Below are positions 24,070-37,300 of a DNA stretch of 64,000 bases, one piece after another. The notes under the pieces are model-generated. The model saw only the letters and a list, made by a program, of their open reading frames with translations. It had not been told where the DNA came from and searched no databases. The stretch is from Podospora anserina (lineage: Eukaryota). How positions within the stretch are numbered: the stretch's first letter is position 1; each line of letters opens with the position of its first letter. The stretch lies in assembly GCA_017654855.1 (NCBI GenBank), contig CM030333.1, positions 1,178,001 to 1,242,000 on the forward strand, given 5' to 3'. The position numbers and the translations under genes were made by a program.

Positions 24070-25052
24070 TCAACCAAGCATTACCCTCGCCACAGCCGCA
24101 ATCAACAACACAGCCACAGCAATAATCAACCTATCCAACCAAACCGGCACCCCCTCGTCCTGACTTGTATCCCCCCTCCTCGCCTCCGCCAACAACCGCT
24201 GCTGCACCCCCCGCACATCAACCCCCGGATGCGGCGTCGGCACCCGTTCAACAGGTCTCTCGTTATCAACCGTCCCAAGGGGTGCAGGTGCAGCAACAGT
24301 CTGAACAAACCCCTCCGCCAACCTCGCCGTTTCTTCCCCATCACTCTCCGTCTCCTTTTCCTTCCCCTTTTCCCCCATCTCATCCCTCCACCCCATCTTC
24401 AACTCCTCGGGCACCTTTTCTCCTTGCTCCACGACCCCCATCTCCCGACACATCTTCACATGCTCCCCCATCACCTCCTCATTCCTCCTCCCCCCCTGCC
24501 CAATACTACAACCCACCCCACAAACCCACCCCCTTGACTCCCCCGCCAACCGTCTCCTCACTTCGCTTCCCGCTTCCAACCCCCCTAATTGCCCCTTGAC
24601 ATCCGTCTCCATAAACGACCGTAACGCAACCAAGGCTGTCCTAATCCCCCAAGCAGGCTGCCACGTCTCTTCGTGATGGCCGCTGATGCTGAGGCAGATT
24701 TCCCTGTTTACTTCGAATCTGCCGGAGGGGGTCAGGAATCGGAAGCTAGGCGGGCGGAGGGGGTAGGAAGGCGGGAGGTTGATACGGCCGTGGTAGAGCC
24801 CGTTCTCGTAGGGGGAGGAGGGGGGGCCTAACAGGGTGAAGTGCCATTCGAAGAGGTCGGTTTCGAGGGGGGAGGCGAGGAAGAAGGGGGAGGGGTGGTT
24901 GGTTAGTTCTTGGGCTTCTTTTACTGCACACACAACGCAAGGAGGGTCAGTGACGGGAAAGGGAGAGAGGATTGGGTGGGGGGGAAAAACATACAAATGC
25001 GGCGGATGGTGGGGGATTTGGAGTTTATTTTGGGGGTTGCTGGGGTCGGCAT
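24070..25052 (-). CDS. Tail-anchored ubiquitin-conjugating enzyme of the Ubc6/UBE2J family; exons 25052-24995, 24923-24070
   Basis: The spliced start is MPTPATPKINSKSPTIRRILKEAQEL. Motifs: LFEWHFT, YENGLYHG, YPLRPPSF, TPSGRF and catalytic ICLSISGHHEETWQPAW. C-terminal TM segment LIIAVAVLLIAAVA. Confidence 0.9.
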
Positions 25053-26190
25053 GGTTGAGGATGGTGAGAGGAGGTGTTGATAGGTAGTAGGTGGTGTCGC
25101 GTGTGTTGTTGGGAGGGTAATGATATCGCCGTTTGATCAATAGGTGATAGGTAGGTTAAATAGGATCTCGTCGGTAAGTAAGCAAGTTTCAGTCACCAAC
25201 ACTTGTCGCAAGCTCCAACAAAATGCAACACCTGTCTCCGGCGGCGGCGGCGCAAAACTTAAAAAGTACCCGTTGTGCAAAAGGAAAAGTTGTGAAGCTC
25301 GCAGAAAGGATGACGGAATATCCGTAATAATCTTCTGTCCGAGGATAGGATTGAGGGGCAGCAGCAGCAGCAGCAGCAGTAACAAAGCAGAAGCGGCCAG
25401 GTTGCAACAACGACCACCCGATGCCACTAAAATTAAATGAATGTTTGTTACGGAGGGTAGATTCGATGTACTTTCGAAGATTAATTAATAAGATAAAAAC
25501 TTGCGCAGAGGAGAGAAAAAAAGATGATGACTTTATTCACCCCGTTCCTGTCTCTCCGATAGACTAGTTTTCAGAAGCAGCTGAGACAAAGCTGCTGCTG
25601 GCTTCGTTGCTGAACGAATGCGCGGACGGATCTGATTAGGAATAGCGCTGGTGCGATGGCTTGGCAAGGAGGGAGTGGGGATCTTCGGGAAGGTTGCTCA
25701 GCGTTGGTGTCGGGCCGTGGATTGGGAGGGGAATCTCGGAAACATCACCAGCCCGAGGATAGTGGCGAGACTCTCGACAAACACCACCTTCTTTCACGCT
25801 AAAATGTTTCTCAAAAGGGATGTTCTTAGTAGCCCCAAACCACCTGCAGCATCCACCATGCCTGTCGGTTCACCAAGTCAACTTCAACAACAACTCCCAG
25901 CTATATTACCACAAGCCACAAAACTACATCACCCCCCCCATTGTAATTTAATACACCCATTTGTCCCTCTCAAATTTCCCACCCCAAATGCCATGGTGAA
26001 CAAACGCTCGCTTCGTGCTGCTAGCCCTACAAATATCAAATGTAAAAAAAAGAAAAAAAAAAGAAAAAAAAAGGGGTATCCCATCATCATCCCACGCTTT
26101 CCTCCCTGTCTCATAAAAACTTCAACAACAACGCCAGACACACAGCAACCAGAAACAAACCAAAAAAAAACATACATGATGCACACATCC

Positions 26191-26240
26191 CCTTCCCATC
26201 CCTTCCCATTCCTTCCCATCCCTTCCCATCCCTTCCCATC
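26191..26240. repeat. Five tandem copies of the 10-mer CCTTCCCATC (one variant)
   Basis: Seen directly, just downstream of the cohesin-loader stop codon. Confidence 0.9.
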
Positions 26241-26264
26241 CCTCCAAAATATCCCTCCCATCCC

Positions 26265-29086
26265 CTACCTCAACTGCGTCTTCTCATAAGCCTCATTAGC
26301 CAACCTCACCCCCTCCCCCCTCGCCCTTCCCGCCTCCCCCACCCGCCCCTCAATCTCAAAACTCTGCCCCAGCATCCCCTCCGCCACACTCATCCACAAC
26401 AAATTCCCGCTCTTCCTCGCCTGCGTCGCCCCCGCCTTGGCACTCTTCAGCGCCTGCTCCCCCACCACATTCTCAAACAGCTTACACCTCATAATATTCA
26501 ATGCCATGCTCAAATACTGCGTATTGTTCAGCTGCTGCGCTCCCGAAAGCCCCCCCTGGATGTGCCGTTTCGCTTGATTGAGCGACAGCTCCGGTTCAAA
26601 TGTGCTCGACGCCAACACCAGATTCCAGGCCGTTCTGATTTCAAGATCGGGATCGTCCTCGCAGATGGGGCGGAGGAGGTCAATCAACTCGGCCGTCTCG
26701 GCGCTGTCGCGGTGGTTGGGTTCTTGCATAATGTACACCCTGTTCAGCGCGGCAAGGATACACAATTCTGTCTCGAGCCGGGAGCCATTCTTGTACGCCC
26801 CCGTGGGATCAAGCTCAAAACGGGGGTTCTTCCAGATGGCGAGCGCTTCGTCCATGTTGGCCATGCCCTGCTGCTGGCAGCCTTCGAGGTAGAGGGTTAA
26901 GATATCGACCGAACTGCCCGGCAAGGGGGACGTGTGGGGTTGCTCGTGGATGGCATCAAGGCTCTGCTTTACTCTGGCCCAGTCGGTGACTGTGGCTGCC
27001 TGAAGCCCAATGAGAATGTGGGTGTAGCAGGTTAGTTCTCTGGCCCAGTCGTGTTGCCTGAGGGCTTCTGGAAGGGGCTGAGGAGCGGTGGAGACTTTGG
27101 TGTCGTCAAGGACGCGGAGGCCTTCGTTCCACAAGGTTGCGCTCCGGCCGGGGGTGGTGGCTCTGTAGTGGGCGACGATGCCGTTGAAGACCCAGCTGTG
27201 ATGGTTGTCAGTCTAGTTGGAGCGACTGCAAGAATGGCAGGAAATCTTACGCTATAGCCCAAGCCTCCTGCTTCCCCAATGTCGACAAGACCAGATAGTC
27301 TGCATTCCCCTCTCCCTGCCGCACCACCGCCCTCGTATCGTTACTAACCGTCGGCGCCGTATTCGACATCCGGTTGATAGACAACAACACCTCCCCATTC
27401 TGAAGCGGCCAGTCCGGCGAGTTCTTGAGCTCTTCCAGCTGTCTTTGAAGAACAGTCAACTTTTGTGCCGCAACCTGATGTGATTTCTGGTGAAGACTGC
27501 AGGCCAAATCAAGCAGTCGCAACAGTATATCGATCTGTGGTATCTGAATAGACGACTCCAACTGTATCTTGGACACCTGGGCAACACACAACTGCACCCG
27601 GTTGGCCCAGTCATCCTTCATGGTGGTCATGTGGGCGAACCCTTCTAACAGCATGGCCATGGCAAAAATCGAAAAATCTTTGCGCTGGTTGGCAACCCCG
27701 GCAATTTTTCGTAGATTGTCAATCGCGCCGTGTTCGGCTGGAGATCCGGCCTGGAGATGGAACGACGCCTTGAGGAACCGGAAAGCATAGATCCAGTGAA
27801 CATGTTTGTAAGTCCCGCAATCCGAAATGTGCCCCTCAATGAGCTTGAAAGCAGCTTTGGGATTTCGTTGAAAGAGCGTCTTCATGAGGAGAAACTGAGA
27901 GCAGTATTTGAGATCAAGAAATCGGTTCTGGTAGTACCTGTCAGCGTCTGGTTCCATGCAACGGTAGGCAACATAAACTTACCTTGTCGCAAACAGCTAT
28001 CCCTCTCGTCAGGGTCGTTTCTGCCTCCATGATGTTGGTCGTTTCATCAATCAATACGCTGGCATATCGCAAACACAGCCTCGCTTCCAGTCGAGGCCAC
28101 AACTTGTTCGACTTGAGAGCAACATCCAGACACCCCAAGCCAGTCGCCACTAATTTGTGGTGGTCCGCTACTTCCGCCTCAGACATGGATTTGGCGACTC
28201 TTTGAGACGCCGTGTTTGCCTTCTCGAAACAGTCCTCGGCTACAGATATTAAAAGGGGGAGCGTTTCGGTATGTGCCGAGGAACTGGGCGTGGCTGGCGA
28301 CTTTGCAACTCCTGCTCCAACACTAGGTCGACTTTGGTCTTTTGGTATTTTCAGTGAAGGCGCCGCTCGAGAAGGTGGTGGTCGCTCATTGAGCTTTGGG
28401 CTATCTTCGGCAAACGGTGTTCGCTGCGGGGGTCTCGCAATCGGAGGAAGCTGTGATATTTGAGGACTCATCGTTCTCACGGGAGGCTGCAATGCCGGTG
28501 GTACATGACTCGTAGGTCTCGGTGTGGCAGGTGATTGCTGAAGGTAGGACGGGTTGACAAATTGTACGGGAGCGGCCGAGGGGGTGGGTATCGGTGGTTG
28601 CGGTGGTTGTGATGGTGAAGGTTGAGTATAGGTCCCATTACTGTAGTTTACATAGGGCTGCGGCTGTGGCGCACTCGAAGCCGGATAGTATTGGGCAGTC
28701 GGCTGCACCGGCGGTTGTGGTTGGTGCTGGTGGTGTTGTTGTGCCGGTGGTTGCGGGTGCGGGAGCAGAAGTTGCTGCGGTTGCAGCTGTGGTTGCGATT
28801 GTGGGTGCTGCTGCTGAGGGTATGCGGGATGGACATATTGATTGTGTTGGTACTGCTGCTGGTTCCCATTTTGGTATCCATTTGCATATGGGGGATAGGT
28901 AGTCTGCGACACGGGTGGCAGACGCGGATGTGGTTGTCCCTGTGGTTGCGGTAACTGAGGTCGTTGCTGATGCTGTTGCGCCTGGTGTTGCCCATATGCG
29001 TGTTGCTGAGGGTGGAATTGAGGATGCTGCGGTTGATGTCCACCACCGTATGCCTGCCCTGGCGGCATCGTGTCTCGATATGTCAT
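26265..29086 (-). CDS. Cohesin loading factor Scc4/Ssl3/MAU2-like; exons 29086-27983, 27927-27251, 27195-26265
   Basis: A Q/P-rich N-terminus is followed by LISVAEDCF, HKLVATGLGCL, PRLEARLCLRYASVLIDETTNIMEAETTLTRGI, DLKYCSQFLL and HWIYAFRFL, then helical repeats. Two GTAAG..CTGAC..CAG introns link three ORF-track fragments in frame. Confidence 0.85.
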
Positions 29087-29804
29087 CGCATTGGCCGGTC
29101 CCCAAAGAGTCTATATCACCCTTTCTTCACCTTTGATTCCGGCTGGCGGCGCGCTGTCGTGCGCATCGATTGTCGTCGAGTGCCCGTCCTTGGCCTCCAA
29201 CTTCGAGTCTCGAACAGTCTCCAACGCGCGCCGCTGCACATGGATGTGGGTGCTGTCATGTGGAGTTCAAGGACCCTTCTGGATGGAACAACTGGACTCC
29301 AGCCACTTTCGCTGACAAAAAAGCACGGAGATCAAATTGTGGCGTTCTGGATGTGGCTGGTGTGCCTCACTTCGTACACATGCTCATGTTCCCTTCAATT
29401 CAAGATCACAAAATGACACAAATGTCCGGTGCAATGAGCATGAATCACCGGCTTTGTTCCAGAGTTAGCAATCAGCCTATAATAGTATTACGAGACGGAC
29501 TTCACCGGTACCACTACATGTTCTGTCCGCGGAATGACCGGCACTATCTCAATCCTTAAATCACATTTTCAGCGGGCAAACAATGGCTCTTGAATCAGTC
29601 ATATCATGTCACATAGCAGAAGATATCAATTTTTGGTTCCACCAAGGGTAAGTGTGAGGTCGATTCTGGTCTCAATATCTAAAGCCCGTCCGGAGGGACT
29701 ACTGGGGTTTTATATCCTCTCAGCAGCAGGGTATACTCCGAGAATCCATCGTGATATCCCTCCACATTTCCACCCTTTTCATCGTCATCAAGACGACGCT
29801 ACGC

Positions 29805-30519
29805 TTAGTGACCAGCGCGGCGAGACTCAGCGATGACACGGTTCATGTCCTCGACCTTCGCCTTGGCACGGCCGAAAGTACCGAGCTGGGAAGAGAATGT
29901 CAGCAACCGAGAACAGCTTGTAAATAGACTATCAGGGTTCCTACCTTCTTCTTGGCGAGCTTACGGGCACGCTTGTCCTTGGAGTTGCGGAGCAATTCAA
30001 TGATGCGGCGCTCATAGGGAGCGAGACTGTGTTTGCAGTTAGCGACCACCCTTCAAGTCCACCAGAACCATACGAGAAAAAGAACATACCCAGCAACCTC
30101 CTTGACAAGGTCACGGACGAAGGCAGTGCGCTTGCTAAGGTGACCCTTGGTGCGGCTAACGCGGGGCTTGGCGACGCGGGCGGTGGTCTTCTGTGTTCAG
30201 TGAAAAACGGTATCGATTAGCCAGGTGTCCATCATCCGCTGTTATGCTTCGACATCTCCATGTTCCAGGAGGAAGCAGCGCGGAGATCCTCCACGAGGTG
30301 AGACAGAAGAGGCTTTATCTTACGTGGCCCTTGTTGAGACCCTGTGAAGCAAAACGTTAGCATGTTGATTTTTGACACTATTTTCGACATCGCGGGAAAA
30401 TTTGAGATTGCGAACTGCGACAACCACGAGTCTCGAATTGTCCTGCGAATGCGAAACTGATGAGCGCGTAGACTTACGGTGGCAATGCCAGAGCGGGGAG
30501 TCTCCTTGGTAGCGGCCAT
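29805..30519 (-). CDS. RPL36: 60S ribosomal protein L36 (eL36); exons 30519-30478, 30341-30324, 30190-30090, 30026-29945, 29885-29805
   Basis: The spliced product is [107 protein letters not shown]. All four introns are GT..AG. Confidence 0.96.
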
Positions 30520-31057
30520 TGTGCTGGTTGATGGCGTGAATGTCGTCGTGACGTTGAGCGGAGAGGAAAGGGAAATCGGAGAAGTTTTGGAGTTTTGTGT
30601 GGTTGAAGTTTTCAGGGCAAAAGTTCGAGTGGAGCTCAAGAGCTTGGCGGGGACCAACTGGCAGTCAGCTGAGCGGCTGGTGTCCCACCATCTGTGGCTG
30701 CACTTCCCGCAGAGGCTTGGCAATACACAGGGGCCTTCGGAGCTTGTGAACGTCAGCTTCCAATTGGTGATGAGCTTCAATGACAACTTGGTCCCAAAGG
30801 CCGCTCCCAACGTGGGGTTTACAACATAGCAACTACGAAGTACAGATGACTCCACGCCAAATCTCTTGACGAATTCCCCGATATAATACTGTACATCTTT
30901 CAGCCGCTCGGACTCTGTAGAACGAGTCCAAATTTCCATATCAGGCGGAGCCCGGGGATAGGCGGCATCCACTGTCTGGCGACGTCACCATCAGTACTGC
31001 GCATCTTCGTCCACTGCAGCGCAATAGCGAGAGCAGATGCAATAACCCCTCCATACC

Positions 31058-33769
31058 ATGGCTACCGATACTCCAGAGCCTTCAGCGACTCAACTGGCAC
31101 AAGCACTCGTCGAATTTTCTTTACGCGGCTCTTTTCCAGAAGAAAATGTATCGTCACTGCCTCTCAAGCCCGATGCGCTGGCCGAAGCTATCAAGGCCCT
31201 CGCAGATGCCAGAGCTAAGCTCCAAGTATGAGGTTCTCCCACCCAACTGAGCACAATATAGGGATGCTAAGAACGATATCTTTGTGCCCGAGCAGGCAGA
31301 AATTCATGCGATCAACGAGGATACCGCCGACGATGTACGAGCATGGCAAACCAATGCGCAATCTGTCCAGGACGACATGATCCGGTCAAAAGCGCTAGCA
31401 AACGAAATCATCAAAACTTCTGAAGCACCGGCAGTCTCAGGGAAGGATACCCACGATGCCGAGGCAAAGGCCGAGTTTCTGGTTCGGGAGCTCAACTACA
31501 ACGCCCAAGTGCAGGAAGCTCTCAAAGGAATCAGGACAGTCAACCGCACACTCGATGAAGTTGAGAAAGCAAGAGATGAGCGGAGGATATTGGATGCGCT
31601 ACACCTACTCGAACGATCATGGAAGGAACTTGATGCCATACCAGTCAACAAATCCTGTCGGGCAATCAAATTGCTGGATATCAGAGCTTTTGAACTCAAA
31701 TCCGATGTTCATGAGGTTTTCGACCATGTGTGGAACACGCTTATCAATGTTGATGTTGAGAAGCATACGGTCTCTATGAGCAGCGGCCGGGATGATGAAC
31801 CTATGAGTCTCTCGGATGCGGTGATAGGTCTGCAAGCCTACAAGGAGCTTGACAGGCGTACGGCTCAGCTCTGGGCCAGCCTTAATGCGGCTGTCCTCGT
31901 TCCCAGAATGGATATGGAGAGAGAGACCTTGCCGGGCATTCAAATACAAGATGTAAGTGATCCATTTCCAGGAGATAGATCTTGTCTAACATCAAGCAGA
32001 ACACTCTGGAAGTAAAAGGTACGACAGATAAATCTGTCGAGTCTTTATTCACCGATCTCGAAAAGGTTTTTAGGTTCCTTGTTGAAAGATTACCCGGTGA
32101 CTTGGTCGAGACCATTTCCCCCACCCTTCTTCCAGGGGTAATACACCGAGTAACCAGTGTATGGCTTGATTCGGCCGTCCCATCGTCTTTGAACGACATG
32201 GCGAGGTTTCAACAAGTCATCGCTCTCGCCAAAAGCTTCTGTGCGACACTACGGAAACTGGGATTCACAAATCTGGGAGATTTACAAGAGTGGACGGAAA
32301 GTGCCCCGAGGGTATGGCTCTCCAAGTGCAGGGAAGCCGCATTGGATGCGGTCCGCGCAAAGCTGTCGAAAGGCTTTGGTGAACCGACCCGGGTAGAAAA
32401 GATCGAGAAGCAGATGGTGTCAAAGTCAGAAGGTCAACAAATAGCGGCCAATGGGGCCGCAGCTGTTGATGACGATGGAGAAGGATGGGGTAATGCTTGG
32501 GGTATTGGGGATGATGAGCCACCAAAAGAAGAGCCAAAAGAGGTGGAGAAGAAGGCAGCTGCCAAACCGGCGGATGACGGTGACGAGGACGTAGCGGATG
32601 CTTGGGGATGGGGAGATGAGGCTGCCGAGGAGGAGCAGCTCATTGAGGAGACACGGAAGAAGACCGAGATGGAAGACGAGGATCCAGCTGATGCTTGGGG
32701 CTGGGGTGATGATACTAATAATGACGCGCCTACGGCTACAGCGACAGCTACAAAATCTGAGCCAGGGATCAGGGAACTAGTGTTGAAGGAGACATATAGC
32801 ATTTCATCGATGCCACAACCTGTCTTGGACCTAATAGCAGCCATTGTGGAAGATGGTGCGACTCTGACCCAGGACAGGCACGCGAGTAGCCCGGTAGCAG
32901 CAGCCGCGGCTGGACTGTTCGGTGTGCCGACTCTTGCGCTGGCATTATTCAGAGCCATCTCGCCTCACTACTACGCTCCAAAGGAGGGTGGGAATATGTA
33001 AGTTTGAACCCCCCTCACTCAGTTTTTGCTATGTTGTTCATTCCTAACCGGCATGAAAAAAAGGTTCCTCTACAATGACGCAACCTGGCTATCGGAAAAA
33101 CTAGCGGATTTCTCGGCCACCTGGAAAACCCGCCATGATATCAGCACCCGAGCGCAAAACATGCTGAGACTAGACAACGACGTCAAGGCTCTTCAAGGGT
33201 TTGCCAACCGCGCCTACACGAACGAGCTCAGTCTCAAAAAGATGATGCTGCGGGATCGGTTGGGGGGTGAGCAAAACCTTTTGCAGCTGGACGACACGGA
33301 ATCCTACGTTGCGTCGGCGGTCTCGATGGTTAGGTCGATAGCGCTGGAGTGGGAGCCCATCCTGGCGAAATCTGTGTGGCAGCAGGCGGTTGGGTCGATG
33401 GTTGACGCGTTGGCGTCGAAGATTGTTTCTGATGTGATGGATCTGCCGTCTATTGGGCAGGAGGAGGCGTATAATATTGCGAAGCACATCGCTTCCGTGG
33501 AGGAGCTGGATGATTTGTTTTTGCCGAGCAAGGGGGAGGTGCCGTTGACGGCGCAGTTTGCGGGGAGCTGGTTGAGGTTGAAGTACTTGAGCGAGGTGCT
33601 GCAGAGCAATTTGAAGGATGTGAGGTATTTGTGGATGGAGGGGGAGCTGAGCTTGTATTTTGGGGTGGAGGAGGTGCTGGATTTGATTGGGGCTAGTTTT
33701 GAGGATAATGCGAGGACGAGGGAGGTGGTGAGGGAGATTAGGGGGAATCCGAGGCCTAGGGGGGAGTAG
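31058..33769 (+). CDS. Dsl1/ZW10-family ER tethering-complex subunit; exons 31058-31225, 31296-31952, 32000-32997, 33064-33769
   Basis: Acidic lasso region with repeated (D/N)AWG(W/I)GD motifs, plus MFLYNDA, IVSDVMDLPSIGQEEA and WLRLKYLSEVLQSNLKDVRYLW..GELS..F..EEVLDLI..SF, typical of the ZW10/Dsl1 C-terminus. Three canonical introns. Confidence 0.87.
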
Positions 33770-34232
33770 TGGGAGGTTGGAGAGTACGTTGTTCATGCAG
33801 CATCGTTGTTGGCGAAGGAAGCTTGCAGCCAACACAGTCCAGACAGTATAGATGTGTAGAATGGCGTTCTTTTTAGCGTTGGTCGATCCGATTCGCATGC
33901 AAGCCATTGAATACCTACCTGGTTATTTATTGCGGAGGGTGGAGTCTCTGGGTTTTTTGTTGTCCCTGTTTCTCCAGAGGCCAGCCCCTCTTGATGTGTT
34001 CTCCGAGGAGCTCTCTCGCTCACTAGGTTTTTCCAGTTGTCTAGACGTCTCGGGCATAATCTTTCACGATCTTTTTTTGACAGGGGTTGGCGGTGCTCTT
34101 TACTAGATAGGTAAGGTGAGGCGAGGTATCTCGATCAAAATGTGCACTTGAACAGTTTTGCATGTTTTTTTTCCTGCAGAGGAGAAGGAATGAAGGAAAG
34201 ATCCTCCCCTGCCCGGGTTCGCTTCGATGCGA

Positions 34233-34240
<8 letters not shown>

Positions 34241-34302
<62 letters not shown>
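34241..34302. repeat. Compound microsatellite, (TC)24 followed directly by (GC)7
   Basis: Seen directly. Confidence 0.95.
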
Positions 34303-37300
34303 TCAATTCTTTTCTTCGGGGTGGTGTGTTTTGGTGTGGAGGTGGTGGGTTTTTTTTCGTGGACTGATCCAGAACGTTGGGGTAAGGTACCTAGGTAGGT
34401 ATGGCTTGGGAGAAGAAGAAATGGTAGGTACCAAATGTCTCAGATACGTGTATGTGTGTGTGTGTGTGTGTGAAAAAAGAAACATACATGATAAATTATC
34501 ATGATATCAACAGTAAGGTAACATGCACACTAATTATCGAATCGGTTGAATCGGACCCGGGGATCTGACGATCTGCTGTATCTCTCTCTCCCCCGCCTTT
34601 TTGGGAGCTCCCAACAATCGAGGAAAGGTATGCTTGTTGCTTTTTTTTTTTTTTTTTTGGTGGATGGGGAGGGGGGCGAGCTGAGTATCAAGATTGGGGA
34701 AGGGGAGGTAGGCGGGCAGGCGGGCTAGTATCGTACAGTATGCACAGCTGCTGCTGGAGGGGGATGCAAGAGGGAGAGAAAGCGGAAGTTCGGGAGAGAC
34801 GGAGTTGGAAATGCCGAGTGAGGTGGGGGGTTTGTTTGGTGGTGAGAGAGAGATGTGTGTGTGTGTCTCTTTTACTCAGGACATCGGTTGTAAGACAAAA
34901 AGACGCAGGAGAAAAGAAAAAAGCTAACTGCTGCATGGACAGGTGCTCATCTGCGTGTCTTTGCGTCTTTAGCGTGGCAAGGCGTCCTTCAAGAGGCAGG
35001 ATCAGGACGGTGACTGGAGGGGGTGTCGAGAGATGTTCACTGTCATGTCGAGTACGTACAGTACTTTGAGTTCCAAACCCATTGTCGTCAGACCAGTTGG
35101 GAGGGCCAAGGTTTAGGGTAGATTGTACAGACTGTATGAGTTGCAGCAACTAGCCGTTGTTCAAGTTGTCAGCTGCTCGCTTTTTTTATTGCTTTTGAGA
35201 GAATTATGAGGAGACAGCAAGACATGGGGTGTGGGCACTGGGATGAGGTGTGATGAGAGGAGATTGGAGAGAGAGCGGGTAAGGGGTAGTCAGAAAAAGA
35301 TCCGTCGGTCGATTTTATTCCCTCCCTCCCTCCCTTCCTTCCGCTGTCCGTTTCTTGTCTATGGGTCAACGGGGGACGGATAGGACCCGTTGCCTTCTTT
35401 TCTCCGCTACCGCTACCGCATCCGTTCCCGTAACCGTAGCGTACCCACTTCATCCATTGTGCTGGGTCTGTTCTTGCTCTATGGGATTTGGAAACGTGAG
35501 ATGGGATTCATCTCATGTGCATGTTAGGATCGAGGAGCCTCTTACTGTCGAAGAAAAAGAATTACGAGATCTATGTGAAAAGAAGCAAACAGCTGCGAGG
35601 TATCACTTCTCCGGCTAAATCGTGCCGTCTGTTTACCTTGTTGCTCTGAGAGACAATGCGGCCATTTCTGCAGCGTCCTCTGAGACGAGATTGTCTTCAC
35701 CTTGATACATGTCCGCCTTGCCCGGTCTCCCAGAATAGCCACACCGACTCACCGACTACTATACACAAGCACAGATCAGCAAGCAATATATTCCAGCTTC
35801 ACTTTTTCCTGATCCGACAACAGCCAAGGCCATGATCCGAGCTGGCTCTGAAACAAAGTCACCGGCAAACAAAGCAATATTTCACCGCGCTGGCTGGCCC
35901 ATCCATGTCGAGGCAGGAAGCCTTGTGTGACCCGAGAGAATAGAACACCTCCAAGCCTCGGGCCGGCAAGTTGCATCTCGCTGATCGGAACGGCCGGCAT
36001 TATTCCTTCTTTTTTCTGTTCTTTCGCTCTTTTGTTCAGCCAATCAGCTTCAAAGGATTGTTTCCCCTCAAAAAGGATCACACAACAGATCAAAAGAAGA
36101 AATGAGCATATGCAAACCAGGGGAAAGAAAGGGGGCTGGGAGGGGAACCGTCCATTCACAAACGGTGATATACCGACATGATGCATGCGTAGTTTATATA
36201 CATACATAACAGCTGAACAAGGAGGGTATGTTGTGGATGAAGAGCTTCGTACTGTAAAAGTAGGTTGACGTATATTATATTTTAAACTATGCTTCAAAAG
36301 ATACTTGATAGGCTTGTATAGATAGTTGGAGGGTCTTGAAAAGATAAACAATAGGCCTTGAAAGATAGTTGAGAGGCCTATTCGACGTGGAGGGGTGAGG
36401 GCGAGAGTGAGTGGTTGAAATGACAAGACAGAAGCCTCCATCTGTTCGTCGGTAAGCAGGCTTGGACTGAGGCAAGCTGCAAGAATGTAGAGACGCAGAG
36501 ATGGCATAGTGCGAATAAATGAGCCCACCAGCAGCCATCATCAAAGTTGCTCACCACCGAAAGAAGCAGGTCAAAGATTAGGTATGGTCGGGTATGTCCG
36601 TCCTTTCACAGGTAGTACAGCACAGAGTGATAGCTGCCATGCCAAAGTCCACGATACTTGACGCGAGAGAGCCAATACCGAAACAGGAAATCCGTCTCAT
36701 GTCTATCCTCAGATGCAAAAGCAATTGGGCATTGATGCGAGTTACATACCTGCATGCATACCAAGAGAGCAGACTCAAAGAATGATGAACTGCCGCTTGC
36801 TGCTGCAAAGTCCCAAAGCCATCAAGGTCCTCACTTTGCAGCGCCTTTGCAGCTGATGACCTCTCGGTGTTACTCATTCCCAGTTTACTTGTGATACCTA
36901 CCTGAACCCTGTGCCACCTCTTCCCCAGATTATCTGAGCAACTTATCTATGTGCTCGTACACAGGGTCAATCTCAAGCAGTATGTCCAGCCTGCTGACTT
37001 TGTTTGTTTGGAAACATTACCCCTGAGCAGACCCACCATTCCCCCCTGTCGTCTCCTCGCCTCACTTTACCACAATGCTTCCAACACGCCTTGTTCAACA
37101 CCACCCATCCATCCTATGATGTGGGGAAAATATTGAAAGCCACAAGGAGCTTCCCTGCCCATCAATCTAAAAACATCCAAATCTATCAACTCACTGCAAG
37201 TACCCGCTGCTTGATCATACCCCCATCCTTGCTTGTGTGCCCTCCCCAGGCCAGTCAAGCTTCACGCCCCTCCTCATTGACCGCTCCTTTCTTCCTGCAA

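Noticed and set aside
25563-25860. Protein-like minus-strand frame (AGDVSEIPLP...RYS*SDPSAHSF...)
   Set aside because: No start codon, an internal TAA, and no convincing splice link to a neighbouring gene.
15195-33907. Long antisense or alternate-frame ORFs over real genes (e.g. 15195-15980, 15367-16170, 23851-24537, 33170-33907)
   Set aside because: Shadow ORFs produced by biased codon use and G-rich gene ends; low-complexity translations.
35776-36877. 250-aa and 99-aa minus-strand ORFs
   Set aside because: No domain and atypical codon use; I could not build a coherent spliced model.
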